From an uncultured Verrucomicrobiota bacterium (GTDB lineage Bacteria; Verrucomicrobiota; Kiritimatiellia; RFP12; UBA1067), in the NCBI GenBank assembly GCA_946610035.1, contig CAMOCC010000005.1, positions 1 to 59,399 of the forward strand: DNA of 59,399 bases, read 5' to 3'. The notes below the pieces were generated by a model. It made no database searches. It saw nothing but the letters and a program-made list of their open reading frames with translations, and was not told the DNA's origin. The position numbers and the translations under genes are program-made. Of the stretch, positions 7,164 to 14,680 are shown piece after piece. Positions within the stretch are counted from its first letter, which is position 1. Each line of letters begins with the position of its first letter.

Positions 7164-8408
7164 ATGGAGAGGTTCGAACTCGAAGACTCGCTCAAGGACG
7201 AGATACGCTCCCGCGTGACGGGCGAAGGCTTCATGAAGCTCGTGCAGACGGTCCGCCGGAACGGCAAGACCTTCAAGATCGCGATGCGCCCCGTGGAGAT
7301 CGGCGGCGAGCGGAAGTTCCAGGCCGAGATGACCGACGACGGTCACGTCCAGGTCAAGAACTTCGACGCCGCCGGCGCGGCCTCCGGACTTGAGGAGATC
7401 ATAGCCCAGAAGGGAGCGCGCGACCTACACCTGATGACAGCGAAGGGCGACCTCCACGTCCGCGTAACGAAGAAGGGGCACGTCCTCGTCTCTCGCTCTG
7501 CGGAAATGGACCGCGTCGTTGTCGTGAAGCCGCACGACCGCGTGAAAAAGCTTCCGCTGACCTCCTTCGATGCGTCAGCCCTCCTGCGCGTCACCGGCAT
7601 TGCGGACGGCGAAGGCCGCATCAAGGCGTCCATGCGCGGCAAGTACGACCAGGTCAACGAATTCCTCAAGGTCGTCGGCGAGACGGTGGGCGACGCCGGG
7701 GCCGGCGACGGCGCCTTCACCGTCGTCGACTGCGGCTGCGGCAAGGCGTACCTCACATTGGCGCTCTACTTCTACCTGACGCAGGTCCTCGGCTTCAAGT
7801 CGGTGCGCGTAATCGGAGTGGACCGCCGCGCGGACGTAGTGTCTGCGGCCCGCAAGATGTCCGAGCAGCTCGACATCGTCGACAAGGCCGTATTCGTGGA
7901 GGCGGACCTGGGGGCTTTCAATATCGAGGATGCAGGGTCTGAAAAGGTCGACATGGTCGTTTCGCTCCATGCCTGCGACACTGCGACCGACGAGGCGCTT
8001 GCGAAGGGCGTAGAGTGGAAGGCGAAGTACATTCTTTCCGCTCCGTGCTGCCAGCACGAGCTGCAGAAGCGCCTGGCGGAACTTGGCGGCAAGGCGGAGG
8101 GACCGGCGGCCGACTTCGGCGGGCTCCTGCGCCAGTCCATTCTGAGGGAGAGGCTCTGTGACATACTAACCGACTCCTTCCGTGCGATGATTCTGAGGAT
8201 CCTCGGCTACCGCACACAGGTCGTCGAGTTCGTCTCAAGCGAGGCTACGGCGCGCAACATCCTCCTGAAGTGCGAATGGGGCGTGAAGCCCGGACAGCCC
8301 GGTCCCGTGTCCGAGTACCTCGGCCTTAGAGACTACTGGAAGGTGACGCCGTGGCTTGAGACGCGTCTTTCCGGGATTCTCGAAAAACACCTGCGCCGCT
8401 TTGAATGA
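7164..8408 (+). CDS. SAM-dependent methyltransferase with ~180-aa N-terminal extension
   Basis: Motifs VVDCGCGKAYLTLALYFYL, VIGVDRR, VSLHACDTATDEAL and SAPCCQHEL. SD GGAAGGA lies upstream of ATG 7164. Confidence 0.75.
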   Translation: MERFELEDSLKDEIRSRVTGEGFMKLVQTVRRNGKTFKIAMRPVEIGGERKFQAEMTDDGHVQVKNFDAAGAASGLEEIIAQKGARDLHLMTAKGDLHVRVTKKGHVLVSRSAEMDRVVVVKPHDRVKKLPLTSFDASALLRVTGIADGEGRIKASMRGKYDQVNEFLKVVGETVGDAGAGDGAFTVVDCGCGKAYLTLALYFYLTQVLGFKSVRVIGVDRRADVVSAARKMSEQLDIVDKAVFVEADLGAFNIEDAGSEKVDMVVSLHACDTATDEALAKGVEWKAKYILSAPCCQHELQKRLAELGGKAEGPAADFGGLLRQSILRERLCDILTDSFRAMILRILGYRTQVVEFVSSEATARNILLKCEWGVKPGQPGPVSEYLGLRDYWKVTPWLETRLSGILEKHLRRFE

Positions 8409-9265
8409 ACCTTGATTTCATCGTCAGACGCGCGGCGATCGTAAAGGGGATTCGCTCCTTCTTCGATGCGCACGGATTCCTCGAGGTCGAGACGCCCGTT
8501 AGAATCGATGCGCCCGCCCCGGAGTGCCATATAGACTGTCCCCCCGTCGCGACAGGCGGGTTCCTCCGTGCGTCGCCGGAGCTTCAGATGAAGAAGCTCC
8601 TTGCGTCCGGGCTTGAGAGGATCTACCAGATCGGGCCCTGCTTCCGCGACGGCGAGAAGGGGTCCAGGCACAATCCTGAGTTCACGATGATCGAGTGGTA
8701 CCGCAGAGATGCTACGTACCTCGACATTGCGGACGACCTGGAGGGGCTGCTTCGCTTCCTTCAACAGTCCAGCCGTCCCTCCGCCCGACGGTCCCTCTTG
8801 AAATGCAGTCGCATGCGAGTGCGCGACGCCTACCGCGACTTCGCGGGGTGGGATCCATGGACCGACTGGGACCAGGACCGTTTCGACTTCGACATGGCTA
8901 CTGTTGTCGAGCCGAAGCTGAAGGAGATTGGTGGCGGGGTGTTCCTCATGGACTACCCCGTCCAGGCGTCGTCGCTCGCCGTGGTGACTGATGACTCGGC
9001 GGAGCGCTGGGAGTTCTACTGGGACGGCATGGAGCTTGCGAACTGCTTCACGGAGCTGTGCGACGAGGCGGAGCAGAGACGGCGCTTTGCGGAAGCAAGG
9101 TCAGCGCGCCGCGCGCTTGGGGAGAGCGACTATCCGCTCGACGAGTCGTTTCTTTCGTCGCTTGCGTCCATCGAATCAGCGTCCGGCGTGGCGCTCGGAG
9201 TGGACAGGCTCGTCATGGTGCTTTGCGCAGCCTCCTCCATCACCCAAGTCCGCGTAGGTGTTTGA
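8405..9265 (+). CDS. epmA: EF-P lysine aminoacylase EpmA (GenX/PoxA; truncated class II LysRS paralog)
   Basis: RAAIVKGIRSFFDAHGFLEVETP, ASPELQMKKLLASG, FRDGEKGSRHNPEFTMIEWY, ELANCFTEL and SGVALGVDRLVMV align along the whole length with my recollection of E. coli EpmA. ATGA overlap with the upstream gene. Confidence 0.8.
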   Translation: MNLDFIVRRAAIVKGIRSFFDAHGFLEVETPVRIDAPAPECHIDCPPVATGGFLRASPELQMKKLLASGLERIYQIGPCFRDGEKGSRHNPEFTMIEWYRRDATYLDIADDLEGLLRFLQQSSRPSARRSLLKCSRMRVRDAYRDFAGWDPWTDWDQDRFDFDMATVVEPKLKEIGGGVFLMDYPVQASSLAVVTDDSAERWEFYWDGMELANCFTELCDEAEQRRRFAEARSARRALGESDYPLDESFLSSLASIESASGVALGVDRLVMVLCAASSITQVRVGV

Positions 9266-9295
9266 TTACGCGACAGGGGACTGTCTCCGTGGTTT

Positions 9296-9478
9296 TTTGG
9301 AGACGCGGCTTCCAGCCGCGTCAAGGCAGAGGGGGGCAGTCCACGTAAAGTTTTGGAGACGCGGCTTCCAGCCGCGTCAAGTGCGCTAAAGTAGTCGCAT
9401 AACAATCACTTGATTGACGCGGCTGGAAGCCGCGTCTCCATAATCACGATTGACGCGGCTGGAAGCCACGTCTCCAAA
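9296..9478. repeat. Composite hairpin-repeat element, copy 2 (four 26-nt units around the same 33-nt core)
   Basis: Forward units at 9299-9324 and 9355-9380. Core 9381-9413 differs from 1707-1739 at one base. Reverse units at 9414-9439 and 9450-9475. Ends TTTGGAGAC...GTCTCCAAA form 29-nt terminal inverted repeats. Confidence 0.9.
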
Positions 9479-9529
9479 TAACCCCTTCTGAATGAGGTGA
9501 CGGATGTAAAGCGGTTCTTTGATCTTAGC

Positions 9530-9647
9530 CGTGTAGAACGTGTAGATCGTGTAGAATGGGAGTTGTGGTCTGGCTATGGCGGGCTGTTTAACGCAGAGGC
9601 GCAGAGTGCGCAGGGAGATTTGAACCACGGAATACACAGAATACACG
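9530..9647. repeat. Array of 9-mers with a CGTGTA core: 3 tandem forward, 2 tandem inverted
   Basis: CGTGTAGAA / CGTGTAGAT / CGTGTAGAA at 9530-9556. GAATACACA / GAATACACG at 9630-9647 is the reverse complement of TGTGTATTC / CGTGTATTC. The two groups are 73 nt apart. This looks like an operator or iteron array. Confidence 0.6.
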
Positions 9648-9788
9648 GAAAGAGGAGAGAGTTGGGAGTCATAAGGCCTATGAGGAATTCTCCAACTGCC
9701 TCGCTGCTATCTGCGAAGCAGGTGAAAGCTTCTTACGAGGCGGGTCAAATCAGGAGGTTTCAGCAGCATCGAATCTTGCTTTGCCGAC

Positions 9789-9900
9789 TGCTCCATTACC
9801 TTTTCACGTTGCGTCGCGGAGCGACGCAACCCCCAGCAAGCGATGTGGCAAGGCCGACTAGGCCTTGCTGTTCAGTCGCGCAAGGGCGAGGCGCCCTTGC
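9789..9900. other. Three consecutive perfect hairpins; the first belongs to a module shared with 44830-44967
   Basis: GTTGCGTCGC-GGA-GCGACGCAAC (9808-9830), GCAAGGCC-GACTA-GGCCTTGC (9848-9868) and GCAAGGGCG-AGG-CGCCCTTGC (9880-9900). The module TGCTCCA...GTTGCGTCGCG...GCGACGCAACCCCC spans 9789-9834. Confidence 0.6.
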
Positions 9901-9972
9901 TACATCGGGATTCGCACCCCTCGCGGCGACTCTAACTTAGCCCAAAATCCGCTGGCTTATTGAAGCACGAAA

Positions 9973-9981
9973 TGGTATAAT
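9973..9981 (+). promoter_or_regulatory. Extended -10 promoter element (TGGTATAAT) upstream of the FHA gene
   Basis: Motif read directly, 35 nt upstream of ATG 10017. SD GAAGG lies in the leader. Confidence 0.55.
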
Positions 9982-10016
9982 CTTAGTTACTAAAATCTAA
10001 TAGAAGGTCAACTAAG

Positions 10017-10769
10017 ATGAAAATCAACCTTATTGCGAATCTCAAAGGGGTCCTGATCGGCCTCAGCTACGGCTCCGAGAAGGAGATAACCATCGGCCGC
10101 GAGGTCGGCAACACAATTGCCCCGCTTGCTGCGGAAGGCCTCTCGCGCAAGCACGCACGCATCTATTACAAGGACGGGTCGTGGTATGTCGAAGACCTCG
10201 GCAGCACGAACGGCTCGTACAAGCAGGGCCAGAAGATCGAAGCTCCGACGCCCCTGGCCGTCCGCGACATGCTCCAGTTCGGCAAGTTCGAGGTCTCGGT
10301 CGACGAGATCGCGGCGGGCGATGGCGTCGCCGAGGCCGCGCAGACGCCGCAGGCCACGCAGGCCGCTCCCGCCGCACCGTCGCCGCTGGCGGCGATTCCG
10401 AAGCCCACGCCCGTGCCTGCTCCGGCTCCAGTTGCGGCGGTTCCCCCGCCCGCCCCGGCACCTGCACCCGCTCCCGCACCCGCCCCGGCTCCTGCACCAG
10501 CACCGGCGGCGATGACGCCTGCTGCTGCTGCGACGGCGGCGACGGCCAAACCGACGACGTTGCAGCGTCCGACGATCCCCGGCATGAAGCCCGGCCTCAA
10601 GCTTCCGCGCAAGCCCACTCTCGGCGCCGGTGTGAAGCTTCCTCCGAAGCCGACGCTCGGCCCGGGACTCAAGCTGCCACCCAAGAAGACGGTCGTCACG
10701 CCTGCGGCGAAGCCCGCGTCCCCGCTTGGACCGGTTGCGGAGCTCACTCCCATTCAGCCCGGGGAGTGA
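10017..10769 (+). CDS. FHA-domain protein with Pro/Ala-rich C-terminal half
   Basis: FHA core ITIGREVGN...SRKHARIYYKDGSWYVEDLGSTNGSYKQGQKI, followed by a long PAPAPAP... tract and a basic KP-rich tail. Confidence 0.85.
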   Translation: MKINLIANLKGVLIGLSYGSEKEITIGREVGNTIAPLAAEGLSRKHARIYYKDGSWYVEDLGSTNGSYKQGQKIEAPTPLAVRDMLQFGKFEVSVDEIAAGDGVAEAAQTPQATQAAPAAPSPLAAIPKPTPVPAPAPVAAVPPPAPAPAPAPAPAPAPAPAPAAMTPAAAATAATAKPTTLQRPTIPGMKPGLKLPRKPTLGAGVKLPPKPTLGPGLKLPPKKTVVTPAAKPASPLGPVAELTPIQPGE

Positions 10770-10834
10770 GAGGTCGCTGGACAAATAAGGAACACACTAC
10801 ACAAGCAATCGGCCGCGCAGTCGGCATTCCATCA

Positions 10835-12187
10835 ATGAAAAGAGCCATTCTTCTCGCATTCCTTCTGTTCGCATCCGGAGCGCTTTTCGCGGCGCGTCCG
10901 GTCGCAAGGTGGGACGTCATACCGCATCAATTGGCGGAAGGCGTCTTCAAGGTCGGGGTCGTCACCTTCCACGAGACGGGGGTCGACGTTCTCTTCACGG
11001 TGAACGGGAAGAAGGTGTGGAAGGCCAAGCGCGCGACGATGAACGAGCGCACCGGCGTCGTGGAATACGTGTATCCGTTCGATGCGTCGAAGCATCCGGA
11101 CGGGCCCGTAACCATCGGCGCGACGGTGACAGCGGGGGACGGGGGGAAGTACGACCTCCCCGACCTTCCGCTCTACGCGAACTCCAATAAGACCCTTGGG
11201 GCGAAGAAGATCGTCTGGGTCGACGCCGCGAACGGCAATGAATTCGCGGATGGGTCCAAGGAGACGCCCGTAAAGACGATCGCCGTCGGCGTCCGCAAGG
11301 CCGGCGACGGCGGCGTCGTATACCTCCTCCCCGGGACATACGACATGAAGCTCATCGGCGGCGGCAAGAACAGGCTGTACTGGACGACTGTCCGTCCCGC
11401 CCCCGGGGTGAAGCGCGAGCAGGTACGCGTCGAAGGCGGACGCTCCGGTACGGAGAAGCTCCGCTTCCAGAACCTCGACCTCTTCAGCAACGTCGAGCCG
11501 GGCGAAAACCGCGGGCTAGCGATCGGCGAGGGCGGCGGCACCATGGCGTGGTTCGACAACTGCGTCATGCACAACCTCAAGGGCCGCACGAGCGGCATAT
11601 CCAAGCCCTTCGCCAACAAGCTCAGGGCGTTCGTCACCGGCGGCGTCACCACCGAGATGACGTTCGGACCGGGTGCGGAGATCGTCCGCGCCCACAGGAT
11701 AGACAAGATTTCAGGCGAGGCGTTCACGGGCGGGAACCTCCTTGCGGTGAACGTCAAGGTGAACGACATCGACCCGGCCGGGTCGGAAATCGTCGAGGCG
11801 GACCTGTACCAGGGCTTCGCACAGCGTCCCCACTGGACGGGCGACGTTATCCTCTACGGAATAGAAGCGACGGAGTGCCGCTGCCGCGGCATCGTCGGGC
11901 GCCAGCTGCGAGACGCCGCGTTCGTGGACATCAAGTTCCAGAACCTCGGCAACGCCCTGTGCGTCACGCGCTTCTCGCAGGGACTCGAGAACGTCCTCTT
12001 CGCGCGACTCGACATGGTGGACCAGGCGTGGGAGTGGATGCGCCAGGATTCCGGACGCGAGAACGTGTGGCCGCGAAACGTCCGCCTTTACGACGTCAAG
12101 GCGTCCAAGTTCACCGGCTACGACACGACCGACGGATCGGAAGGGCTGCTCGTCGAGTCCAAGTGCGACTGGCTTCCCGCCAAGTGA
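10835..12187 (+). CDS. Secreted protein, probable right-handed beta-helix (DUF1565/pectate-lyase-fold-like)
   Basis: ATG 10835 gives the signal peptide MKRAILLAFLLFASGALFA. ADGSKETPVKTIAVGVRKAGDGGVVYLLPGTYD resembles the N-terminal cap motif of beta-helix proteins. The 10181-10834 part of the tracked ORF overlaps the FHA gene and is Arg-rich noise. Confidence 0.6.
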   Translation: MKRAILLAFLLFASGALFAARPVARWDVIPHQLAEGVFKVGVVTFHETGVDVLFTVNGKKVWKAKRATMNERTGVVEYVYPFDASKHPDGPVTIGATVTAGDGGKYDLPDLPLYANSNKTLGAKKIVWVDAANGNEFADGSKETPVKTIAVGVRKAGDGGVVYLLPGTYDMKLIGGGKNRLYWTTVRPAPGVKREQVRVEGGRSGTEKLRFQNLDLFSNVEPGENRGLAIGEGGGTMAWFDNCVMHNLKGRTSGISKPFANKLRAFVTGGVTTEMTFGPGAEIVRAHRIDKISGEAFTGGNLLAVNVKVNDIDPAGSEIVEADLYQGFAQRPHWTGDVILYGIEATECRCRGIVGRQLRDAAFVDIKFQNLGNALCVTRFSQGLENVLFARLDMVDQAWEWMRQDSGRENVWPRNVRLYDVKASKFTGYDTTDGSEGLLVESKCDWLPAK

Positions 12188-12225
12188 CGACATGACGGCT
12201 CCGGGCGCACTGCATCCCGATTTTA

Positions 12226-12234
12226 TGATATAAT
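12226..12234 (+). promoter_or_regulatory. Extended -10 promoter element (TGATATAAT) upstream of thrS
   Basis: Motif read directly, 26 nt upstream of ATG 12261. SD AAGGAG lies in the leader. Confidence 0.6.
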
Positions 12235-12260
12235 ATCATTTCAATTTCCAAGGAGACACA

Positions 12261-13979
12261 ATGAGCGAAACAACACTAGAAGAGAGAAGGCATTCGGCGG
12301 CGCATCTCATGGCGCGCGCCGTCCAGAACGTATTCGAGGATGTGCAAGTCGACATCGGGCCTGCGACGGACGAGGGATTCTACTACGATTTCGACCTCCC
12401 GCACCGCCTTTCGCCGGAGGACTTCCCCAAGATCGAGGCGGAGATCGCCCGCCTGATCGCACTCGACGAACCGTTCGTCCGCAAGGTCGTCTCGCGCGAT
12501 GAGTGCGCGAAGATGCTCGAGGGGCAGAAGTACAAGCTTGAACGACTCGCCGACATCCCGGAGGGCGAGGACATCTCGACATACACCGTAGGCGACTACG
12601 TGGAGATGTGCCGCGGGCCGCACGTTGGACACTCCCGGGAAATCGGCGTCGTGAAGCTCACCCGCCTCGCCGGCAGCTACTATCGCGGCGACGAGAACAA
12701 CAAGATGCTCCAGCGCATCTACGGCATCGTCGCGAAGGACGAGGCCGAGCTCAAGGAGATCCTCGAGCGCGCCGAGGAGGCGAAGCGCCGCGACCACCGC
12801 CGCCTTGGCGTCGAGCTGGACCTCTTCCACCTCGACCCCGAGGACCCCGGGCAGATATTCTGGCACCCGAAGGGCTGGAGCATCTACATCACGCTCCAGG
12901 ACTACATGCGCGCGAAGCTCATCAAGGACGGCTACCAGGAGGTCAACACTCCCGCGATCATGCCGAGGAGCCTCTGGGAGAGGAGCGGACACTGGGCGCA
13001 CTACAAGGCGAACATGTTCATCACCGAGTCCGAGAAGCGCGTCTTCGCCGTGAAGCCGATGAACTGCCCCGGTGCGCTTGAGATCTTCAACAGCCGCACG
13101 AGGAGCTACAAGGACCTTCCGCTGCGCCTCGCCGAGTTCGGGCACTGCGCGCGCAACGAGCCTTCCGGCACACTGCACGGCATCATGCGCGTCAGGGGCT
13201 TCGTGCAGGACGATGCGCACATCCTCTGCACCGAGGACCAGATCGAGGGCGAGGTCGCGAAGTTCTGCCGTCTTCTCATCGACGTCTACAAGGACTTCGG
13301 CTTCGACAAGAACCTTCTCGTCAAGCTCTCAACAATGCCCGAGGACCACGTCGGCGACGAGGCGACTTGGCAGCATGCGGAGGAGGCTCTTGCGAAGGCC
13401 TGCGTCGCGTCCGGCATGAAGTACGAGATCCAGCCCGGCGAGGGCGCGTTCTACGGGCCGAAGCTCGAGTTCACCCTGATCGACGCGCTGGGCCGTCCCT
13501 GGCAGTGCGGCACGATCCAGCTCGACTACCAGCTTCCGAGCGCGGAGCGCCTCAACGCCGAGTACATCGGGCCGGACGGCGCGAAGCACCACCCCGTCAT
13601 GCTCCACCGCGCGGTGCTCGGCTCGCTCGAGCGCTTCATCGGCATCCTCATCGAGCACTACGCGGGCGCGTTCCCGCTTTGGCTCGCCCCGGAGCAGGTG
13701 CGCATCCTTCCGATTTCGGACAAGGCGTCCGCCTACGCCGAGAAGATTCGCGCGGAACTCGCCGCGGCGGGCTTCCGCGTCGGCGTGGACCTCTCGCCGG
13801 ACAAGCTCGGCGCGAAGATACGCGAGGCGACGGTGAAGAAGATTCCGTATCAGGTCGTGGTGGGTCCGAGGGACGAGGCTGCGGGCCAGATATCCGTCCG
13901 CTCCCGTGCGGACGGGGACCTCGGCGCGATGAAGCTGGATGATTTCATTTCGAGGCTCAATTCGGAGAAGAAGTGCTGA
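12261..13979 (+). CDS. thrS: Threonine--tRNA ligase (no N-terminal TGS domain)
   Basis: HSAAHLMA editing-domain motif at residues 11-18, class II core (MRVRGFVQDDAHILC) and a C-terminal anticodon-binding domain. At 572 aa it is about 70 aa shorter than E. coli ThrRS. Confidence 0.93.
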   Translation: MSETTLEERRHSAAHLMARAVQNVFEDVQVDIGPATDEGFYYDFDLPHRLSPEDFPKIEAEIARLIALDEPFVRKVVSRDECAKMLEGQKYKLERLADIPEGEDISTYTVGDYVEMCRGPHVGHSREIGVVKLTRLAGSYYRGDENNKMLQRIYGIVAKDEAELKEILERAEEAKRRDHRRLGVELDLFHLDPEDPGQIFWHPKGWSIYITLQDYMRAKLIKDGYQEVNTPAIMPRSLWERSGHWAHYKANMFITESEKRVFAVKPMNCPGALEIFNSRTRSYKDLPLRLAEFGHCARNEPSGTLHGIMRVRGFVQDDAHILCTEDQIEGEVAKFCRLLIDVYKDFGFDKNLLVKLSTMPEDHVGDEATWQHAEEALAKACVASGMKYEIQPGEGAFYGPKLEFTLIDALGRPWQCGTIQLDYQLPSAERLNAEYIGPDGAKHHPVMLHRAVLGSLERFIGILIEHYAGAFPLWLAPEQVRILPISDKASAYAEKIRAELAAAGFRVGVDLSPDKLGAKIREATVKKIPYQVVVGPRDEAAGQISVRSRADGDLGAMKLDDFISRLNSEKKC

Positions 13980-14032
13980 GGACGCCGCCAAGGGCCCAAA
14001 TGCAAACTTTTTCCCACGAAAGAGCCCTGATT

Positions 14033-14041
14033 TGATATAAT
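14033..14041 (+). promoter_or_regulatory. Extended -10 promoter element (TGATATAAT)
   Basis: Motif read directly, 24 nt upstream of ATG 14066. SD AAAGGAGG lies in the leader. Confidence 0.6.
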
Positions 14042-14065
14042 AGAATCAAATGTAAAGGAGGTTTC

Positions 14066-14680
14066 ATGAGAGATCTGTTCATTGTTGGAGCTGGCGGTTT
14101 CGGTCGCGAGGCAGTTTGGACTGTCGAGCGCATCAACGCCCTTGGCGGCGGTGTGCCGCAGTGGAGGATCCTCGGGTACGCAGACGACGACCCGAAGTGG
14201 AAGAAGGGGGATAATTTCGAGGGCTACCCGATTCTAGGGTCCGTCGAGACAGCCTCCAAGGACAATCCCGGCGCGTCCGTCTTCGTTGCGATCGGCAACA
14301 ACAAGAAGCGCGAGGACATCTACCGCCGCCTTCGCGGACACGACTTCCCGGTCCTCATCGACCCCAAGGCGCAGGTCTCGCCCACGACGGAGTTCCGCCA
14401 CGGCAGCTACATCGCGGCCGGCGCGGTCGTCCAGGTCGGTGCGACGCTAGGCAAGTTCGTGATCGTCGGCGCCAACGCCGTCGTGAGCCACGATGCGGTC
14501 GTCGGCGACTTCGTGAACATGGGCCCCGGCACGGTAATCGCGAGCGGCGTCAAGGTTGGCAACGAGGTGTCCTTCTTCGCCAACAGCGCCACCATGCCGT
14601 GGATCACCATCGGCGAGGGCGCGTCCGTCACTTGCGGCGCCGCTGCGAAGGCGGATGTCCCGGCCGGCGCCACCATCTGA
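14066..14680 (+). CDS. Sugar O-/N-acyltransferase, NeuD/PglD family (left-handed beta-helix)
   Basis: N-terminal Rossmann-like FIVGAGGFGREA, YPILGSVE, and C-terminal hexapeptide repeats (GANAVVSHDAVVGDFVNMGPGTVIASGVKVG). Confidence 0.8.
   Translation: MRDLFIVGAGGFGREAVWTVERINALGGGVPQWRILGYADDDPKWKKGDNFEGYPILGSVETASKDNPGASVFVAIGNNKKREDIYRRLRGHDFPVLIDPKAQVSPTTEFRHGSYIAAGAVVQVGATLGKFVIVGANAVVSHDAVVGDFVNMGPGTVIASGVKVGNEVSFFANSATMPWITIGEGASVTCGAAAKADVPAGATI

Noticed and set aside
10181-10834. N-terminal extensions of tracked ORFs (10181..12187, 22698..25193, 46917..48665, 48125..49870, 54859..55911, 55574..57490, 14556..17264, 17057..17962, 17784..18668, 18851..20005)
   Set aside because: The extensions overlap the preceding well-supported gene in another frame and are Arg/Pro-rich. 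Internal starts give proper signal peptides or conserved N-termini, mostly with SD sequences or ATGA-type overlaps.
12188-12260. T-box or other riboswitch leaders upstream of thrS and tyrS
   Set aside because: The distance from the -10 element to the start codon is 26 nt for thrS and 8 nt for tyrS, far too short for a T-box (about 200 nt).
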